The translations under genes were made by a program, and so were the position numbers. 40,581 bases of DNA from sequence record SRR20825019_3158. One strand, written 5' to 3'. Each line of letters starts with the position of its first letter. Position 1 is the stretch's first letter. The notes beneath the pieces were generated by a model. That model did no database searches and was not told the DNA's origin. It saw only the letters and a list, made by a program, of their open reading frames with translations. This document shows positions 18,392 through 26,528 of the stretch, in pieces.

Positions 18392-18433
18392 TAATTTTGT
18401 ACAAAAGTAACGCCAAAGGTAGACAATACCAAA
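18392..18433. promoter_or_regulatory. Adjacent oppositely oriented -7 boxes for the acyl-CoA reductase (+) and ferredoxin (-) genes
   Basis: TAATTTTG at 18392-18399 (+); TACTTTTG at 18402-18409 (-) with a TTTG -33 element at 18430-18433, 20 bp upstream. Confidence 0.6.
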
Positions 18434-18450
18434 AAATACCAATTAGGTTT

Positions 18451-19494
18451 ATGACCCTTAACGAACATATTGAAGCATTTTCGGAATTAGGAAAATTTCT
18501 TGAGCAGTTTTTTAATGACTCAAACACTAAAGACGACGAGTTTTCCCAAAGATTAGCAACAGAAATTGAAGCCGCTGTACATTACAATGGCTGGTTTACT
18601 AAAAACAATGTTAGGTTTTCTTTACAACAATGGCAGTTAGCATTAACAGAAGACAATTTATCTGCTTGGCTAAAGAATTATGATATTAATACTAAGGCAC
18701 CCAAAACTATAGGTTTAATACTTGCAGGAAATGTACCCTTAGTTGGTTTTCATGACGTGCTTTCTGTTTTGGTAACAGGACATAATGTGTTAATTAAGTA
18801 CTCATCTAACGATCAGCGTTTATTACCATTATTATTAGAGAAACTAAAAGCTATTAATAGTAAGTATAATGAGAGAATTAAGACAGCTAAAGATCAATTA
18901 AAAGGTTTTGATGCAGTTATTGCTACTGGTAGCAATAATACGTCCAGATACTTTAATTACTATTTTAAGAATGTTCCAAGTATAATTAGAAAGAACAGAC
19001 ACTCTGTAGCTATTCTTACAGGCGAAGAATCTCCAGAACAAATACAACTATTAGCTAACGATATTTTTAGATATTATGGTTTAGGCTGCAGAAATGTATC
19101 TAAACTTCTTGTGCCTGAAGGTTATAACTTTAATACTTTCTTTGAAAATATAATGAATTGGTCTGAGGTTATAAATGACAACAAATACGCAAATAATTAC
19201 GACTACAACAAAGCCGTATACCTTATGAGCGGTGCTAATATGTTAGACAATAATTTTGTGTTACTAAAAGATGACAAAGGGTTTAGCTCACCAATAGGTG
19301 TTCTTTTTCAAGATAGTTATAAAAATCTTGAAGAATTAGAAGAAATCTTAGCTGAAGAAAAGGATAATTTACAATGCGTAGTTTCTAACAACTTACAACC
19401 GCATCATATTTATTTTGGAGAAACCCAACATCCCAAATTATGGGATTATGCAGATAATATAGATACTGTTGAATTCTTGTTGAAAGTTAATTAG
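18451..19494 (+). CDS. LuxC-like acyl-CoA reductase
   Basis: AGNVPLVGFHD, ATGSNNT, GLGCRNVSK (putative catalytic Cys) and DYADNIDT. ATG 18451 is preferred over TTG 18397. Confidence 0.85.
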   Translation: MTLNEHIEAFSELGKFLEQFFNDSNTKDDEFSQRLATEIEAAVHYNGWFTKNNVRFSLQQWQLALTEDNLSAWLKNYDINTKAPKTIGLILAGNVPLVGFHDVLSVLVTGHNVLIKYSSNDQRLLPLLLEKLKAINSKYNERIKTAKDQLKGFDAVIATGSNNTSRYFNYYFKNVPSIIRKNRHSVAILTGEESPEQIQLLANDIFRYYGLGCRNVSKLLVPEGYNFNTFFENIMNWSEVINDNKYANNYDYNKAVYLMSGANMLDNNFVLLKDDKGFSSPIGVLFQDSYKNLEELEEILAEEKDNLQCVVSNNLQPHHIYFGETQHPKLWDYADNIDTVEFLLKVN

Positions 19495-19565
19495 TATTTC
19501 ATACTTAAATTATAACCTTTCAACTCGATATTTAAGATATTTGTATATATAATTTAAACAACATC

Positions 19566-20633
19566 ATGAAAAAGAAACATAATTTTAGTGCTGGACCTTG
19601 TATTCTTCCACAAGAAGTATTTCAAGAATCTTCACAAGCTATATTAGACTTTAATAATAGTGGACTTTCAATTTTAGAAATATCTCACAGAAGCAAAGAT
19701 TTTGTTGATGTTATGGAAGAAGCAAGAAACCTTGCTTTAGAATTATTGGGTTTAGAAGGAAAAGGCTACAAAGCATTGTTTTTGCAAGGAGGTGCTAGCA
19801 CACAGTTTTTAATGACTGCCTATAACCTATTACAAAATAAAGCTGCTTATTTAAATACAGGAACTTGGAGTAGCAAGGCTATTAAAGAGGCTAAGTTATT
19901 TGGAGAAGTTTTAGAAGTAGCATCCTCTAAAGACCAAAACTTTAATTACATACCAAAAGGGTATACAGTTCCTAAAGATGTAGATTATTTTCACTGTACG
20001 AGTAACAACACAATCTTTGGTACTCAAATGAAGAGTTTTCCAGATGTAGATGTTCCTTTGGTTTGTGATATGAGTTCAGATATTTTTTCACGTCAATTAG
20101 ATTTTTCAAAATTTGACCTGATTTATGCTGGTGCTCAAAAAAATATGGGTCCTGCAGGAACGACTTTAGTTATAGTAAAAGAAGATATATTAGGAAAAGT
20201 AAACAGAGAAATTCCTTCTATGATGGATTATACAGTACATATTGGTAAATCTAGTATGTTTAATACACCTGCTGTTTTTCCTGTGTATGTCTCTATGCTT
20301 ACGTTAAGATGGCTTAAAAATCTAGGTGGTATAGATAAAATACAAGAACAAAATGAAAAGAAAGCTAAGCTTATTTATTCTGAAATAGATATAAACCCTT
20401 TATTTAAAGGCTTTGCAGAGAAGGAAGATCGCAGTACCATGAATGCAACCTTTAGCTTAGTAAATGGCGATCTAACTGAAACTTTTAATGCTATGTTAGC
20501 TGAAGCTGGTATTAATGGTCTTAATGGTCATAGAAGTGTTGGAGGCTACAGGGCATCTATGTACAATGCAATGGCAAAAGATAGTGTTAGTACTTTGGTT
20601 GAAGTTATGAGTGATCTAGAACGTAAAGCTTAA
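19566..20633 (+). CDS. serC: Phosphoserine aminotransferase
   Basis: NFSAGP, SHRS, QGGAS, DMSS, GAQKN and GHRSVGGYRAS motifs. Confidence 0.97.
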   Translation: MKKKHNFSAGPCILPQEVFQESSQAILDFNNSGLSILEISHRSKDFVDVMEEARNLALELLGLEGKGYKALFLQGGASTQFLMTAYNLLQNKAAYLNTGTWSSKAIKEAKLFGEVLEVASSKDQNFNYIPKGYTVPKDVDYFHCTSNNTIFGTQMKSFPDVDVPLVCDMSSDIFSRQLDFSKFDLIYAGAQKNMGPAGTTLVIVKEDILGKVNREIPSMMDYTVHIGKSSMFNTPAVFPVYVSMLTLRWLKNLGGIDKIQEQNEKKAKLIYSEIDINPLFKGFAEKEDRSTMNATFSLVNGDLTETFNAMLAEAGINGLNGHRSVGGYRASMYNAMAKDSVSTLVEVMSDLERKA

Positions 20634-20671
20634 CTAATCCTTATTATTAAATTAGATTTTAAAAAATAGAT

Positions 20672-21628
20672 ATGAAAATTTTAGCAAATGATGGTGTTTC
20701 TCAAAGTGGTGTAGACGCTATGGAAAAAGCTGGTTTTGAAGTTATAACTACTAACGTAGCTCAAGATCAACTTAAAGACTATATAAATAAAAATGACATT
20801 TCTGTACTATTGGTAAGAAGTGCCACAACTGTAAGAAAAGAATTAATCGATGCGTGCCCTAGCTTAAAAATAATAGGTCGTGGCGGTGTTGGTATGGATA
20901 ATATAGATGTTAGCTATGCAAAAGAAAAAGGCTTGCACGTTATTAATACACCTGCAGCATCATCCAGTAGCGTTGCAGAGCTCGTATTTGCTCACCTATA
21001 TGGTGGCGTTAGATACTTGTACGACTCTAATAGAGCTATGCCACTAGAAGGCGATACAAACTTTAAGGCTTTAAAAAAATCTTATGCTAAAGGAAGAGAA
21101 CTAAGAGGTAAAACCATAGGTATTATTGGTTTTGGTCGTATTGGTCGTGAGGTAGCAAAGATTGCCTTAGGTATTGGTATGAAAGTAGTAGCAAGTGATA
21201 ACTATGTAGGTGAAGCAGAAATAGAATTAGAATTTTACAATCACCAAACCATAAAGATTCCTATTAAAACAGAACCAGTTTCAGATTTAATACAGCATTC
21301 AGATTTTATAACCTTACACGTTCCTGCTCAAAAGGATTATGTTATTGGTAAAGAAGAAATTTCAAAAATGAAAGATGGTGTTGGTATTATTAATGCTGCA
21401 CGTGGTGGTGTATTAGATGAAGTAGCATTGGTTGATGCTCTAAATGATGGAAAAGTATCTTTTGCAGCTTTAGATGTTTTTGAAAAAGAGCCTAAGCCAG
21501 AGATACAGTTATTAATGAATGAGAAACTTTCATTAAGTCCTCATATTGGCGCAGCTACTCTAGAAGCGCAAGACAGAATTGGTGTTGAGTTAGCAGAGCA
21601 GATTGCAGATATACTACAACCTGCATAA
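20672..21628 (+). CDS. serA: D-3-phosphoglycerate dehydrogenase (short form) / D-2-hydroxyacid dehydrogenase
   Basis: [26 protein letters not shown] and SPHIGAAT; directly follows serC. Confidence 0.88.
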   Translation: MKILANDGVSQSGVDAMEKAGFEVITTNVAQDQLKDYINKNDISVLLVRSATTVRKELIDACPSLKIIGRGGVGMDNIDVSYAKEKGLHVINTPAASSSSVAELVFAHLYGGVRYLYDSNRAMPLEGDTNFKALKKSYAKGRELRGKTIGIIGFGRIGREVAKIALGIGMKVVASDNYVGEAEIELEFYNHQTIKIPIKTEPVSDLIQHSDFITLHVPAQKDYVIGKEEISKMKDGVGIINAARGGVLDEVALVDALNDGKVSFAALDVFEKEPKPEIQLLMNEKLSLSPHIGAATLEAQDRIGVELAEQIADILQPA

Positions 21629-21643
21629 TTAACAAGATATATT

Positions 21644-21683
21644 AAAAGTAAAGGAGTGATTATTAACAAATCACTCCTTTTTT
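21644..21683. terminator. Bidirectional intrinsic terminator
   Basis: AAAGGAGTGATT/AATCACTCCTTT stem with T-rich tails available on both strands. Confidence 0.85.
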
Positions 21684-21722
21684 AGTATAAAACACCCATA
21701 TAAACCCCAATTATCTATGGAT
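21644..21722 (-). ncRNA. Candidate small RNA downstream of the LytTR-type promoter
   Basis: About 75-80 nt between a predicted promoter and a terminator with no substantial ORF. Inferred only. Confidence 0.35.
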
Positions 21723-21726
21723 ATCT

Positions 21727-21793
21727 CAAATATATTAATTACTTGAATTGCATGTAGACTGATGTGACAAAACCTAAGTTATTTGTGACAAAA
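21727..21793 (-). promoter_or_regulatory. Putative LytTR-activated promoter (tandem direct repeats plus -7 box)
   Basis: Perfect TGTGACAAAA repeats at 21763-21772 and 21784-21793 (21-bp period); TATATTTG (-) at 21727-21734. Confidence 0.65.
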
Positions 21794-21794
21794 T

Positions 21795-22517
21795 TTAGTT
21801 TACATCTAACACTTGAAAGACTTCATCTTTATAAACGCCACCCATAGGAAACTTCCTATCTCCTATAAAAACCTCTTTACCATTAAATCCAGTTATTTTA
21901 TCCCTATTTAAAATATAGGATTTATGTACTCTCAAGAAATTTCCTGAAGCTACATGTTCAAACAATTCCTTAACTGTCATCCTTACCAAGTCTACTCCTC
22001 CAATTTTATGAATCTCAATGTAATTTCCTGCGGTTCTAAAAAATAATATATTATCAAACAATACTTTTGTATAAGTACCTTCTACTTTAAAAAACACAGA
22101 CTTACCTTTACCTTGTGTAGATTGTTTTTCTTGTGGCTTCTCGTTTTTATCTGAGTTATGAAGAGCTAACGTAAGTGTTGTAAAAAGATCTGTTTTGTTA
22201 TAAGGTTTAACCACATAGCCAGATGGCTCTGTTTCAACAGCACGTTCCACAGTGCGTTTGTCTGAGTTAGATGTTAGGTACACAATTGGCATTGGATAAA
22301 GAGATCTAATCTTTCTTCCTAACTCTATGCCATCTAATTCTCCTTTAATATTAATATCCAGCAAAGCTAAATCTACACTATTGTTTTCAAGTATTGTAAG
22401 TGCTTCTGAAGCTCTTATGGCAATACCTGATACGTTATAATTTAAACGCTCTAAATTGTACTTAATATCTTCAGCAATTAAAAGCTCATCTTCTACTATG
22501 AGAATGTTTTTTTTCAT
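21795..22517 (-). CDS. LytTR family response regulator
   Basis: Receiver motifs ILIVEDE, LLDINI, LTS and KP; LytTR motif FLRVHKSYILN. Confidence 0.95.
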   Translation of the reverse strand: MKKNILIVEDELLIAEDIKYNLERLNYNVSGIAIRASEALTILENNSVDLALLDINIKGELDGIELGRKIRSLYPMPIVYLTSNSDKRTVERAVETEPSGYVVKPYNKTDLFTTLTLALHNSDKNEKPQEKQSTQGKGKSVFFKVEGTYTKVLFDNILFFRTAGNYIEIHKIGGVDLVRMTVKELFEHVASGNFLRVHKSYILNRDKITGFNGKEVFIGDRKFPMGGVYKDEVFQVLDVN

Positions 22518-24514
22518 TTGTCAGTTTTTGGAAACTCAATTGTATATGTTGTTGGTGATTTAGTTGAAGTATCTATATCAAGATTTCCTTCTAACTGTTT
22601 CACCAATATTTCTATTAATTTAAGACCTAAGGTCTTTCGTTTTTTCACTTCCTCAAGATTAAATCCTAAAGCATTATCTGAAATTACTAATTTATAATGA
22701 TTTGGGTTCTTTTCGTTAAAATTTATAGACAACCTTAGCACATCTTTTTTACTATACTTTAAAGTATTTGTGACTATCTCATTAATTATTAAACCAAGAG
22801 GCACAGCTATATCTATATCTACTATTTCTTTAGAGTTAATAGTGTATTCTACTTTATTATCTACTCTATAAGTTGCTATTAAATTTTGCACAAGTTGGCC
22901 TATGTAGTCATTAAAAACAATATCCTTATAATTATCTGTTTCATATAACCTTTGGTGTACCAACGCCATAGATCTAACTCTTGCTTGCCCATCTAGTAAA
23001 GCCTCTCTTACAACGGTACTACTAATATTGTTACTCTGTAAACTTAAAAGACTTGAAACCACTTGCAAGTTATTTTTTACACGATGGTGTATTTCCTTTA
23101 AAAGCGTATCCTTTTCCTGTAGTGCTATATTAATTACCTTATTCTTTTCTGCAATAGTTTCAGTTAGCAATTTAAATTCTTTATTTTGAGCTTTTTGCTT
23201 AAGACTATTTAAGCGATACCATATTAGCAAACCTGCTAATGCTATAATTAATAACAAACCACCAATAATACTGTAATTACGCTTATTTAGAGTAATTTCC
23301 ATTTCCTTAGCTTTAACTTTAGAGGCTAATAACTCTGCTTCTTTTTTTTCTAGCTCAAAAGCAGATTGCAAAGAGATTGCTTCTTCAATTTTTTCTGCAG
23401 CTTTGTAAGAATCTCTAAACTTTATTTGAGCGTTTAAGATTTCAATGGCTTTTACATGGTTTCCTTTTTGTTCTGCAATTTTTGCTTTGATGGCAAATAG
23501 TTTGTCTCTAAACTCTGGGTTTTGTAACCGTTCTGTAGCATTAGAAATACTATCAAACCTAGACAATACACGTTCGGCTTTTGCTACATTATTAAGTTTA
23601 ACATGACTTTCTGCTAACAATACAGAGCTTATTAAAGCATTGTAGGGAAAATAGTCAAGAGATTTTTCTATATCGTCCTCTAATAATGGGATTGCTTCTT
23701 TATAATGCTCCATTAACATATAAGACTGCGCTACATTTCCTTGAATAAAGGATCTATATTTATCTGTACTCTTAGAACCATTAAAACCCTCATAATCCAA
23801 ATAAGACATTGCTTTATTAAAATAAACTAATGCACTATCTGGCTTGTTATAATTATTATAGTAAACACCTATATTATTAGCTCTATTAAATAGAAAGTAA
23901 TAATCTTTAGGATATAGCTCCTTAAACTTTTCGAACTTAGATTTTGCTATGCGAATAGCGTTTTTATAGTCACCTAGTTTGTTGTAAGATAAATCACTTG
24001 ACACTAAAAAATATATATCTGGTGCCATACCTGGCTCCCTTGTAGATGGTATATCATCTATAGAGTTAATAATCTGGGCATAGGTAATACTTTGTTTAAA
24101 CAGGCCAAGCTCTGTGGTAGCAAGGTGGTACATAACAAAATAGTTAACACTGTCCTTTTTTGAAAAGCCTGATAACTTATCACTTATATTATTTAGACTA
24201 GAAAAAGTTTTACCAAATTCATTAGAGAGCCTATAAGATCTTGCCTTAAAAAGATAGTAGTGATCCTTAAACACTGTAGAGTTCATTAATTTTAAATCTG
24301 ATTCTACATAATTAAAAAAACCTGTAAAAGATTCTCTGTGTTCTGTGAGCAAGTAATTATCTGTGATTTTATAAAAATAATTCTGTAATGCGTTTGGTGT
24401 AACTTCAATAGTTGTTACAGCATTAAATAAATTGTTTAACTCCTTATCATTCTCTTGCGCAGACATTTGCGAAAGGAATAGTAATAAGATAATATAAATG
24501 GGGCTAAATTTCAT
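22514..24514 (-). CDS. Sensor histidine kinase (periplasmic TPR-like region, one TM helix, HisKA_2 plus HATPase)
   Basis: LLKEIHHRVKNNLQ H-box and NEIVTN N-box; signal peptide from ATG 24514; 4-bp overlap with the regulator gene. Confidence 0.92.
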   Translation of the reverse strand: MKFSPIYIILLLFLSQMSAQENDKELNNLFNAVTTIEVTPNALQNYFYKITDNYLLTEHRESFTGFFNYVESDLKLMNSTVFKDHYYLFKARSYRLSNEFGKTFSSLNNISDKLSGFSKKDSVNYFVMYHLATTELGLFKQSITYAQIINSIDDIPSTREPGMAPDIYFLVSSDLSYNKLGDYKNAIRIAKSKFEKFKELYPKDYYFLFNRANNIGVYYNNYNKPDSALVYFNKAMSYLDYEGFNGSKSTDKYRSFIQGNVAQSYMLMEHYKEAIPLLEDDIEKSLDYFPYNALISSVLLAESHVKLNNVAKAERVLSRFDSISNATERLQNPEFRDKLFAIKAKIAEQKGNHVKAIEILNAQIKFRDSYKAAEKIEEAISLQSAFELEKKEAELLASKVKAKEMEITLNKRNYSIIGGLLLIIALAGLLIWYRLNSLKQKAQNKEFKLLTETIAEKNKVINIALQEKDTLLKEIHHRVKNNLQVVSSLLSLQSNNISSTVVREALLDGQARVRSMALVHQRLYETDNYKDIVFNDYIGQLVQNLIATYRVDNKVEYTINSKEIVDIDIAVPLGLIINEIVTNTLKYSKKDVLRLSINFNEKNPNHYKLVISDNALGFNLEEVKKRKTLGLKLIEILVKQLEGNLDIDTSTKSPTTYTIEFPKTDK

Positions 24515-24529
24515 ATGTTTCAAACCTTA

Positions 24530-24595
24530 TAAAGATATTAATATAGCTATACAAGATCATATACATGTGACGAAAGGCAATATTTTGTGATGAAT
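24530..24595 (-). promoter_or_regulatory. Putative autoregulated promoter of the two-component operon
   Basis: TGTGACGAAA (24566) and TGTGATGAAT (24586) repeats; TATCTTTA -7-like box at 24530-24537 at the same offset as in the 21.7 kb site. Confidence 0.55.
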
Positions 24596-24670
24596 TTATT
24601 TTCTGATTTTTAAATTAATTGACTAACTTTCAATTCTTAAAATTTTTAACATTTCAACTAATTCTTTATT

Positions 24671-25303
24671 ATGGCTTCGATTTTAGATTTATTAAATACA
24701 GACATTGGCAAACAACTTATTAGTAGTGCTAGTGAAAAAACCAATACTAGCCCAGAGCGTACAGCTTCTGTATTAAGCTCGGCTATGCCTCTTATTTTAG
24801 GAGCTATGAAAAGGAATGCTGCAACTCCAGAAGGTGCTGCAAGTCTTAATAGTGCTTTAGAAAATAATAAACACGATGGCTCTTTATTAGATAACTTAGG
24901 TGGTTTATTAAGTGGCGGTGGTCTAGATGATTTAATGAGTGATGGCGGTGGTATTTTAGGTCATGTTCTAGGTGGCAAGCAAGAACGTGTAGAGCAAACC
25001 ATTAGTAAAACAAGTGGTGTAGATGCTGGTAGTGTAAGCCAAATCATAAAAATGGCTGCACCGATAATTATGGGAATATTAGGAAGCCAAAAGCGTAAAG
25101 ACAATGTAAGTCAAAACGGCCTTGGAGATTTATTAGGTTCTGTTTTAGGATCGCAAAGTACAAATGATCAATCGTTAATTGAAACGCTATTAGACGCAGA
25201 TGGTGATGGTAGTGTTATTGATGATGTTGCAGGAATGGTCCTTGGTGGTAATAAGAAAAAAGGAGGCCTTGGCGGTATGCTTGGTGGCTTATTTGGAAAA
25301 TAA
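24671..25303 (+). CDS. DUF937 domain protein
   Basis: Gly-rich helical protein with HDGS, DGGGILGHVLG and LDADGDGSVIDD. Confidence 0.85.
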   Translation: MASILDLLNTDIGKQLISSASEKTNTSPERTASVLSSAMPLILGAMKRNAATPEGAASLNSALENNKHDGSLLDNLGGLLSGGGLDDLMSDGGGILGHVLGGKQERVEQTISKTSGVDAGSVSQIIKMAAPIIMGILGSQKRKDNVSQNGLGDLLGSVLGSQSTNDQSLIETLLDADGDGSVIDDVAGMVLGGNKKKGGLGGMLGGLFGK

Positions 25304-25321
25304 TTTTACTACCATATAAAG

Positions 25322-25353
25322 AAAACCAGTTGTCTTAAGGCAACTGATTTTTT
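25322..25353 (+). terminator. Intrinsic terminator
   Basis: CAGTTGTC/GGCAACTG stem followed by a T-run. Confidence 0.7.
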
Positions 25354-25393
25354 GTTTATATAAAATTGGAATCGTTTTTGTATCTTTTTAGTT

Positions 25394-25810
25394 ATGAAAA
25401 AGATAATACCAACATTACTTCTTGCATGGTTAATAATAGCTTGTGCAACTACTAACACTACAGATGCAGCTCATACCTATAAAGAATCTAAAACTAAGTC
25501 TCTAGATACTGTACGCATTGCTAATGATAGTTTAGAATATGAAATTATAATTATCGAGCCAGGTTTTCAAAATTGGCTTGCAACACAACCACCTCGTGGT
25601 TATTACATACAAAAGGTTTTAGAAAATAGAAACCTCTTTTCTGTTCAGGAATATAACAGACGTGTTTTAGACTCACGTTACAATAGGACTAATTTATATG
25701 AACAACAAATAAATTACCAACCTGGTATAGACTATGGTTATGAAGTAAATTACCTTTTATTTAATTACTTTGAATTTTTTGAAGAAACTTACAATCAGAA
25801 ACTAAGGTAA
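25394..25810 (+). CDS. Conserved Bacteroidota lipoprotein (DUF6146-like)
   Basis: Lipobox IIAC; DTVRIANDSLEYEIIIIEPGF and IDYGYEVNYLLFNYF. Confidence 0.8.
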   Translation: MKKIIPTLLLAWLIIACATTNTTDAAHTYKESKTKSLDTVRIANDSLEYEIIIIEPGFQNWLATQPPRGYYIQKVLENRNLFSVQEYNRRVLDSRYNRTNLYEQQINYQPGIDYGYEVNYLLFNYFEFFEETYNQKLR

Positions 25811-25827
25811 ATTTGTAATTTTGCCGA

Positions 25828-26130
25828 ATGAAAAAGCTTAAAGAACGTTGGGGAATTTCTTCTAACTGGCAAGTAGTGGTAATTTTTATAGTGTTTGGCA
25901 TTACAGGATCTACATCTGCAAAAATTGCTGGTCCAATAGTAGAGTTTTTAGGAATAACTCAAGGTAACACAAACGGTTGGATTTATTGGCCTGTTAGGAT
26001 TTTGTTAATTTTCCCTGTTTATCAAGTGCTTTTGATTATTTTCGGCTGGATATTTGGCCAGTTTCAATTCTTTTGGGCTTTCGAGAAGAAAATGCTTAAA
26101 CGATTGGGCTTTGCTAAGTTTTTAGATTAA
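25828..26130 (+). CDS. Small membrane protein (DUF6787-like)
   Basis: KLKERWGI.SNWQ, FGITGS, PVYQVLL and FGQFQFFW.FEKKM. Confidence 0.8.
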   Translation: MKKLKERWGISSNWQVVVIFIVFGITGSTSAKIAGPIVEFLGITQGNTNGWIYWPVRILLIFPVYQVLLIIFGWIFGQFQFFWAFEKKMLKRLGFAKFLD

Positions 26131-26139
26131 TTTAAGATA

Positions 26140-26460
26140 TTGAAAACAAAGTTTTTTAAACATATTGCAATTTTAGCTACCGCTGTACTCCTATTTCCTT
26201 TAGGGGTTTCATTTGGTCATGCATTAGAGCAACATGAACATAAGCTTTGTGACAACCCTAGCGATACTCATTTTCACGAGAAACATTTAGACTGTAGTTT
26301 TTATAAATTTCAGTTAAATCCTGTTGTTGTTTTTAATGTCCCTAATTATGAAATTTGGTCGTTTTTATTACCACAAACCCAAAATTTCAAGATTAATGAA
26401 GGTGTGGTCTTAACATCTTCTATATCGGTCTCACTTAGAGGACCACCTTCTTTATCATAA
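26140..26460 (+). CDS. His/Cys-rich exported upstream ORF with C-terminal RGPP (DUF2946/CruR-like candidate arrest peptide)
   Basis: TTG start, hydrophobic leader, HALEQHEHKLC...HFHEKHLDC, ends LRGPPSLS; 68 bp upstream of a TBDT. Confidence 0.7.
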   Translation: MKTKFFKHIAILATAVLLFPLGVSFGHALEQHEHKLCDNPSDTHFHEKHLDCSFYKFQLNPVVVFNVPNYEIWSFLLPQTQNFKINEGVVLTSSISVSLRGPPSLS

Positions 26461-26528
26461 TTTCCATTCTTAATATCCTTTGCTTGTATATGCAACAGGA
26501 TAGTTTTCAATTTTAAAATTTTCACGAC

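Noticed and set aside
18397-18450. TTG start of the acyl-CoA reductase at 18397
   Set aside because: It overlaps the promoter boxes; ATG 18451 is more plausible.
18451-19494. Bioluminescence (lux) locus
   Set aside because: Only a LuxC-like gene is present; no luxA, luxB, luxD or luxE.
21682-21699. Five-codon ORF MGVLY in the candidate sRNA
   Set aside because: Too short to support from sequence alone; not excluded experimentally.
21763-21793. CRISPR array or CRP site from the TGTGA repeats
   Set aside because: Only two 10-bp copies, in direct orientation rather than the TGTGA-N6-TCACA palindrome; no cas genes.
26491-26505. Metal-regulator palindrome (TGCAAC half-site)
   Set aside because: Only one half-site; the partner GTTGCA is absent.
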